Assembly: GCA_964462355.1 (NCBI GenBank)
Contig: CAYWZM010000001.1
Location: forward strand, 1 to 28,639
Source of the DNA: an uncultured Candidatus Saccharibacteria bacterium
Lineage (GTDB): Bacteria > Patescibacteriota > Minisyncoccia > Phycocordibacterales > UBA9973
DNA length: 28,639 nt
Direction: 5' to 3'
Positions 24,330 to 28,639 of this stretch are shown one piece after another (the stretch's first letter is position 1; each line of letters begins with the position of its first letter). Below the pieces are notes generated by a model. That model did not search any database. It saw nothing but the letters and a program-made list of their open reading frames with translations, and was not told where the DNA came from. Made by a program: the position numbers and the translations under genes.

Positions 24330-25118
24330 ATGACTACACTACATATCATAGGAAACTGGAAAATGAACCCCAAGACTTCACGTAAAGTTGAGGGGTTTGT
24401 TCGTGAATACGCAGTGCGAACAAAATCTATTAAAAACATCTACCACGCGGTATGCCCACCGTTTGTGTACCTATCTCTGTTTCAGAAAAATAAAAAAATA
24501 TACTACGGCGCACAAGATGTTCACCAAGCGAAAGAGGGTGCGCACACATCAGGTGTTTCAGCAGGTATGGTCTCAGGCCTCGGTGCTACTTTTGCGATAG
24601 TGGGTCATTCAGAGAAAAGAAGAGATGGTGATACAAATGAAATCGTTGCGCAAAAAGTAGAGCAAGCTCTCAAAGCTGGTTTGAAAGTAGTGGTATGTGT
24701 CGGAGAAAAAAGTCGTGAAAATGGCGCAGATTATCATGTAAGTGTAAAACGAGATCTCGAAGAATCACTCTCACGATTTCCAAAGGCAAAAATCGGATCG
24801 CTCATTGTTGCGTATGAGCCTGTGTGGGCAATCGGTAAAGATGCAGTTCGTGAGGCAACACCTGAAGAATCTCGCGAAATGTCTGTGTTCATCAAAAAAG
24901 TATTGACTGACATGTTTGATAAAAAAGGTGGGCTCGTTCCAGTGCTTTATGGGGGTTCAGTTAATGTTGAAAATTGCGAATCATTTTTGAAAGAAGGTGG
25001 GGTTGAAGGATTGCTTGTAGGAAGAGATAGTCTAAATGCAGTTCGGTTCTCTAAAATAGTTGCAAAGGCATCTTCACTCATCAGTGCGTCTCTTTCTCCA
25101 AAAAAAGTAAAAAAGTAA
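24330..25118 (+). CDS. tpiA: Triosephosphate isomerase
   Basis: GNWKMNP, IVGHSEKR, AYEPVWAIG, VLYGGSVN. Confidence 0.96.
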   Translation: MTTLHIIGNWKMNPKTSRKVEGFVREYAVRTKSIKNIYHAVCPPFVYLSLFQKNKKIYYGAQDVHQAKEGAHTSGVSAGMVSGLGATFAIVGHSEKRRDGDTNEIVAQKVEQALKAGLKVVVCVGEKSRENGADYHVSVKRDLEESLSRFPKAKIGSLIVAYEPVWAIGKDAVREATPEESREMSVFIKKVLTDMFDKKGGLVPVLYGGSVNVENCESFLKEGGVEGLLVGRDSLNAVRFSKIVAKASSLISASLSPKKVKK

Positions 25119-25122
25119 TACT

Positions 25123-26241
25123 ATGAAAACACTACGACAGATAAGTGGAATAAAAAACAAAACAGTACTGGTACGATCAGATCTAAATGTGCCAATCGAT
25201 AATGGAAAAGTCCGTGATCCGTTTCGAATAGATAAAGCACTCGCAACTATTTCATTTCTAATTAAAAAAGGTGCAAAGGTTGTTGTAATGAGTCATATCG
25301 GTGAAGGAAAGCATGATACTCTTCTTCCTGTGTTTTTTCATCTAAAAAAGAAAAAAGTCTCATGTGTCTTTCTTGATTCATTTGAAAAAGGAAAGGTTGA
25401 AAAGGCAGTCTCAGAACTAAAGAAGGGGCAGTTTCTGCTTCTTGAGAATCTTCGTCATGAATCAGGAGAGAAAGACAATGATCAGATGTTTGCAAAGCAG
25501 CTTGCATCACTAGGTGATGTGTATGTAAACGATGCATTCTCAGTATCGCATCGATCTCATGCGTCAATTGTTGGTGTACCCAAATACCTTCCTTCATATG
25601 CAGGTCTTCAGATGACAGAAGAAATAAAAAATCTCTCACTTGCACTTAATCCATCTCATCCATTTATTTTTATACTTGGTGGTGCAAAAATTTCTACAAA
25701 ACTTCCGCTCATTTCTCGCTATATCAAAACTGCTGATGAAGTATTTGTAGGTGGAGCAATTTTGAACAACATCCTAAGAGATAAAAAAATTCCAATAGGT
25801 GAATCTCTTGTTGATGATACTGAAACACCTCGTGCTATTTTGAATTCTCCAAAAATTCTTCCAGTACTAGATGTGGTTACTGAAAACACTCAAGGTGTCT
25901 CTCGAACGATACTTCCTCTTGATGTAAGTGATGATGAAAAAATTGTTGATATTGGACCTGAGACGATTGCGTCGTTTAAGCCAATTTTTGCAAAAGCAAA
26001 ACTTATTGTGTGGAATGGGCCACTTGGAAATTATGAAAAGGGATACGATAAGGGCACAGTACTTCTTCTCAAACTTCTCGCTTCACTAAAAGCTAAGACA
26101 ATACTAGGAGGAGGGGACACTGTTGCGCTTGTTTCAAAACTCAAGCTCGAGAAAAAATTTACTTTTGTATCGACTGGTGGTGGTGCGACACTTGATTTTC
26201 TTTCTCAGGGAACGCTCCCAGGTATAAAGGCGCTCAAATAG
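25123..26241 (+). CDS. pgk: Phosphoglycerate kinase
   Basis: RSDLNVP, LLENLR, YVNDAFSVSHRSHAS, GGAK, WNGPLG, GGGDT, STGGGATL. Confidence 0.97.
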   Translation: MKTLRQISGIKNKTVLVRSDLNVPIDNGKVRDPFRIDKALATISFLIKKGAKVVVMSHIGEGKHDTLLPVFFHLKKKKVSCVFLDSFEKGKVEKAVSELKKGQFLLLENLRHESGEKDNDQMFAKQLASLGDVYVNDAFSVSHRSHASIVGVPKYLPSYAGLQMTEEIKNLSLALNPSHPFIFILGGAKISTKLPLISRYIKTADEVFVGGAILNNILRDKKIPIGESLVDDTETPRAILNSPKILPVLDVVTENTQGVSRTILPLDVSDDEKIVDIGPETIASFKPIFAKAKLIVWNGPLGNYEKGYDKGTVLLLKLLASLKAKTILGGGDTVALVSKLKLEKKFTFVSTGGGATLDFLSQGTLPGIKALK

Positions 26242-26247
26242 TATCAC

Positions 26248-26275
26248 TTGACAATATAATTTAGTATGATATTAT
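26248..26275 (+). promoter_or_regulatory. Near-consensus sigma70 promoter
   Basis: TTGACA-16-TATTAT with TGn extension, 21 nt upstream of ATG 26297. Confidence 0.75.
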
Positions 26276-26296
26276 ATTGTCAGAAAAACTATTCAT

Positions 26297-26428
26297 ATGA
26301 GACAACAACTAACACCAATGACCAGGAATGACAATGAGATTGTTGTTCCGTGGCCATCAAGAGGTAGGACTGTGATCGCACTTTCCATCTTGATAACGAT
26401 TTTATCCTGCATGTTTTTATTTCATTGA
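26297..26428 (+). CDS. Small C-terminally anchored membrane protein, 43 aa (not in ORF track)
   Basis: MRQQLTPMTRNDNEIVVPWPSRGRTVIALSILITILSCMFLFH; lies between a strong promoter and a terminator. Confidence 0.55.
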   Translation: MRQQLTPMTRNDNEIVVPWPSRGRTVIALSILITILSCMFLFH

Positions 26429-26436
26429 CAAAGAGT

Positions 26437-26473
26437 CCAGATATACCAAATGGTATATCTGGCTTTTCTTTTT
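26437..26473 (+). terminator. Intrinsic terminator after the 43-aa ORF
   Basis: CCAGATATACCA-AA-TGGTATATCTGG followed by CTTTTCTTTTT. Confidence 0.7.
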
Positions 26474-26521
26474 GGTTACATATTTGATACTATAAGAGTC
26501 CAACAATGTACCCTAAGAAAA

Positions 26522-26791
26522 ATGAATACACCAAACAACACACAATTTGAAGGCTTCAAAGGTGAAGTATTCAAAACAATTACCCAAGCAGGCGAGAAAG
26601 GGATTACCTATAAAAAATTAAAAGATAAGTATGTTTCCACACTGCTTAATGATTCACTCGCACTTGATAAAACAACCACCCCAAATCTTCACGCCACGCT
26701 TCTTGTACTTACGAACGGAGGTCATGTTTCTTCAACGCCAGCCCGCTCCGCATTGTTCGAAGATGATGATGTGTTTCGAGTGAAAAACTAA
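26522..26791 (+). CDS. Hypothetical protein, possible winged-helix fold, 89 aa
   Basis: VFKTITQAGEKGITYKKL...LHATLLVLTNGGHVSST pattern. Start at 26522 behind TGA-TACTAT (26485-26493); the ORF-track start at 26450 lies inside a terminator. Confidence 0.55.
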   Translation: MNTPNNTQFEGFKGEVFKTITQAGEKGITYKKLKDKYVSTLLNDSLALDKTTTPNLHATLLVLTNGGHVSSTPARSALFEDDDVFRVKN

Positions 26792-26796
26792 TAGGC

Positions 26797-26829
26797 AAAA
26801 GCCCTCATGATTATCCGAGGGCTTTTTTT
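26797..26829. terminator. Bidirectional terminator
   Basis: AAAAGCCCTC-ATGATTATCC-GAGGGC-T7; the HIT stop codon lies in the loop. Confidence 0.75.
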
Positions 26830-27203
26830 ATATTTTCAGAAACAGTGGTCATTTCGTTGTCGTTATATGAAATAGTTGGAAAATTTGGGAGTGCGTCGTT
26901 GAAATAACGCGGGATGAGATGAATATGGAAATGTGGAACGTCTTTCCCCACAACACTTATCTGAACATAATCACACATTAGTCCTGATTTAATAGCATTC
27001 ATTAATTTTTTTGTCTTTATAAACATACGCGCAAGGAGTTCATCCGGGACGTCATTCATCCAGACATAAGGTTCTTTCGGAATAAGAAGCGTATGACCTT
27101 TTGAAACTGGTGCTATGTCTAAGAATGCGAGTGATTCCTCATCTTCATAAACCTTTGTTGCCGGAATTTCACCGCGTATAATTTTTGAAAATACTGTATC
27201 CAT
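26811..27203 (-). CDS. HIT family nucleotide hydrolase (HinT-like)
   Basis: VFSKIIRGEIPATKVYED, AFLDIAPVSKGHTLLIPK, PHFHIHLIP histidine triad. Confidence 0.95.
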   Translation of the reverse strand: MDTVFSKIIRGEIPATKVYEDEESLAFLDIAPVSKGHTLLIPKEPYVWMNDVPDELLARMFIKTKKLMNAIKSGLMCDYVQISVVGKDVPHFHIHLIPRYFNDALPNFPTISYNDNEMTTVSENIKKALG

Positions 27204-27258
27204 TTGGTAAGTATACTCTCAAAAACTAAAAGCCAAAAGCATGTGATACAATCTCTCC
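27204..27258. promoter_or_regulatory. Divergent back-to-back promoters of the HIT gene and recJ
   Basis: Minus strand TATACT (27215-27210), 6 nt, ATG; plus strand TGA-TACAAT (27244-27252), 6 nt, ATG. Confidence 0.6.
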
Positions 27259-28639
27259 ATGTCTTACCCATTTTTTCCGTATGCCGAGCAAGATGCACCG
27301 GATTCGCTCAAACAATTTCCTTCGCTTACTGCGCGTTTGCTTGCAAATCGTGGGATCCTTACACAAGAACATGCGCAGTCGTTTATATATCCTCGATATG
27401 AAGATATGTATGATCCTCTTTTGATGGATGATATGGAGCGTGCTGTTGTGAGAATTTTTGAAGCCATAGAATCCAATGAAAAAATTGTGATATATAGCGA
27501 TTATGACTGCGATGGAATTCCTGGCGGAACACTTCTCCATGATGTATTCAAAAAGATTGGTTATACAAACTTTGAAAACTACATTCCACACCGTCATGAA
27601 GAAGGATATGGTCTCAATCATGATGCTGTTGATGAATTTATTACACAAGGAGTCAGACTTATTATTACAGTTGATCTCGGTTCAACCGATATCAAAGAAG
27701 TTGCGCACGCACAGACAAATGGCATAGATGTCATCATCACAGATCATCACGAGCTGCCTCCAGAGCTTCCTCATGCATTTGCTCTTGTTAATCCTAAAAA
27801 GGGTTTATACCCAGACAGAATGCTTTGCGGAGCAGGTGTGGCATTTAAGCTTGTTCAGGCATTTCTTCAAAAGTACGGGGAATATTTCAACATACATCAC
27901 GGCTGGGAAAAATGGCTCCTTGATATGGCAGGACTTGGAACAATGGCCGACATGGTTCCTCTTGTAAATGAAAATAGAATTTTTGCCTATTATGGATTGA
28001 TGGTACTTCAAAAAACAAAAAGACCAGGCCTTATTTCACTTCTTAGAAAGATGAATATTGATCCTCGTCGCTTGAATGAAGAAGATATTGGATTTATGAT
28101 TGCACCGAGAATTAACGCTGCGTCTCGAATGGATATTCCCATGCGCGCATTTGAACTACTTTCGACAACTGACCACGAGCATGCAAAGAACCTTGCCGAT
28201 CATCTTTCTCGTATCAATGACGATCGAAAATCATCTGTTGCGGTAATTATGCGTGAAATCAATAAAAAGTTTGCCGACAAAGAACCATCTCAAGTTATCG
28301 TGGTGGGTAATCCTGCGTGGAATGCGGGCGTGCTTGGTCTCGTTGCGTCAAAAATTGTTGAGGCATACAAATGCTCAGCGTTTGTATGGGGAGGTGAGTC
28401 TGATGAAGGATTTAAAGGTTCATGTAGAAGTGATGGAACACTCAATGTCGTTGAGTTGATGAGGGTAAGTCAGCATGTGTTTATTGATTTTGGCGGACAT
28501 GAACACGCAGGAGGATTTTCTGTTGATCATGAGCACATAGTACTTTTAGAAAAAACACTAGTAGAGTCAGTGGCATTGTTGCCCGAACTGGAAAAAATAA
28601 ACACATCATCATATTTGATTGACGCTGTGCTTGGTGGTC
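27259..28639 (+). CDS. recJ: Single-stranded DNA exonuclease RecJ (3'-truncated by the window end; missing from the ORF track because no stop codon is reached)
   Basis: Open frame from ATG 27259: SDYDCDG, YIPHRHEEGYGLN, ITVDLG, ITDHH, IAPRINAASRM, KGSCRS, FGGHEHAGGF. Confidence 0.95.
   Translation, partial: MSYPFFPYAEQDAPDSLKQFPSLTARLLANRGILTQEHAQSFIYPRYEDMYDPLLMDDMERAVVRIFEAIESNEKIVIYSDYDCDGIPGGTLLHDVFKKIGYTNFENYIPHRHEEGYGLNHDAVDEFITQGVRLIITVDLGSTDIKEVAHAQTNGIDVIITDHHELPPELPHAFALVNPKKGLYPDRMLCGAGVAFKLVQAFLQKYGEYFNIHHGWEKWLLDMAGLGTMADMVPLVNENRIFAYYGLMVLQKTKRPGLISLLRKMNIDPRRLNEEDIGFMIAPRINAASRMDIPMRAFELLSTTDHEHAKNLADHLSRINDDRKSSVAVIMREINKKFADKEPSQVIVVGNPAWNAGVLGLVASKIVEAYKCSAFVWGGESDEGFKGSCRSDGTLNVVELMRVSQHVFIDFGGHEHAGGFSVDHEHIVLLEKTLVESVALLPELEKINTSSYLIDAVLGG

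Noticed and set aside
26425-26459. Second TTGACA at 26425-26430 as promoter for the 89-aa ORF
   Set aside because: No -10 box at a 16-18-nt spacing, and the downstream sequence is better explained as a terminator hairpin.
402-28459. Numerous 60-160-aa ORFs in the track overlapping long genes (e.g. 1805-2218, 2556-2885, 4338-4760, 4821-5207, 8625-9110, 10118-10588, 14725-15135, 27226-27648)
   Set aside because: Antisense or off-frame shadows of well-supported genes, with no motifs, promoters or terminators of their own.
1-28639. CRISPR array, tRNA, rRNA, IS/transposase, integrase, reverse transcriptase/DGR
   Set aside because: No regularly spaced repeats, no T-loop/cloverleaf pattern and no catalytic motifs for these enzymes seen. 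Intergenic gaps are short and explained by promoters, leaders and terminators.
1-28639. Alternative genetic code (TGA = Gly, as in Gracilibacteria/Absconditabacteria)
   Set aside because: All conserved genes translate full length under code 11 with no in-frame TGA interruptions.

Overview
A 28.6 kb, AT-rich bacterial chromosomal window read with genetic code 11. It most likely comes from Patescibacteria/CPR, Parcubacteria-like. This is an inference from the type IV pilus cluster architecture, the GYAWS-repeat surface protein, a trigger factor lacking the FKBP domain and the absence of Shine-Dalgarno motifs. The housekeeping backbone is rny, clpP, tig, ppa, nusA, tpiA, pgk, a HIT protein and a 3'-truncated recJ. 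The centre holds a surface-protein operon (12853-17178) directly upstream of a type IV pilus block: pilB, pilC, a giant PilV-like pilin, a PilW-like pilin and a PilX-like pilin. Accessory pieces sit between conserved genes: a secreted clan GH-A glycosidase with Ig stalks, a deoxyhypusine-synthase-family gene, a lipoprotein, three small membrane ORFs missed by the ORF track and a winged-helix-like ORF. The DHS-family gene is bracketed by an exact 22-bp duplication of the rny 3' end and terminator. The best leads are: (i) the att-like DHS cassette; (ii) a tandem pair of secreted proteins sharing a conserved base module with or without a Gly-rich payload next to the pilus genes; (iii) long structured leaders on rny and nusA with the same geometry; (iv) promoter-plus-terminator orphan micro-cassettes sharing one promoter type; (v) a 20-bp promoter repeat inside the pilus cluster, and four apparently leaderless genes (-10 box, 6 nt, ATG). 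No tRNA, rRNA, CRISPR array, transposase or integrase was seen. All family assignments come from motif recognition by eye; no database searches were run.
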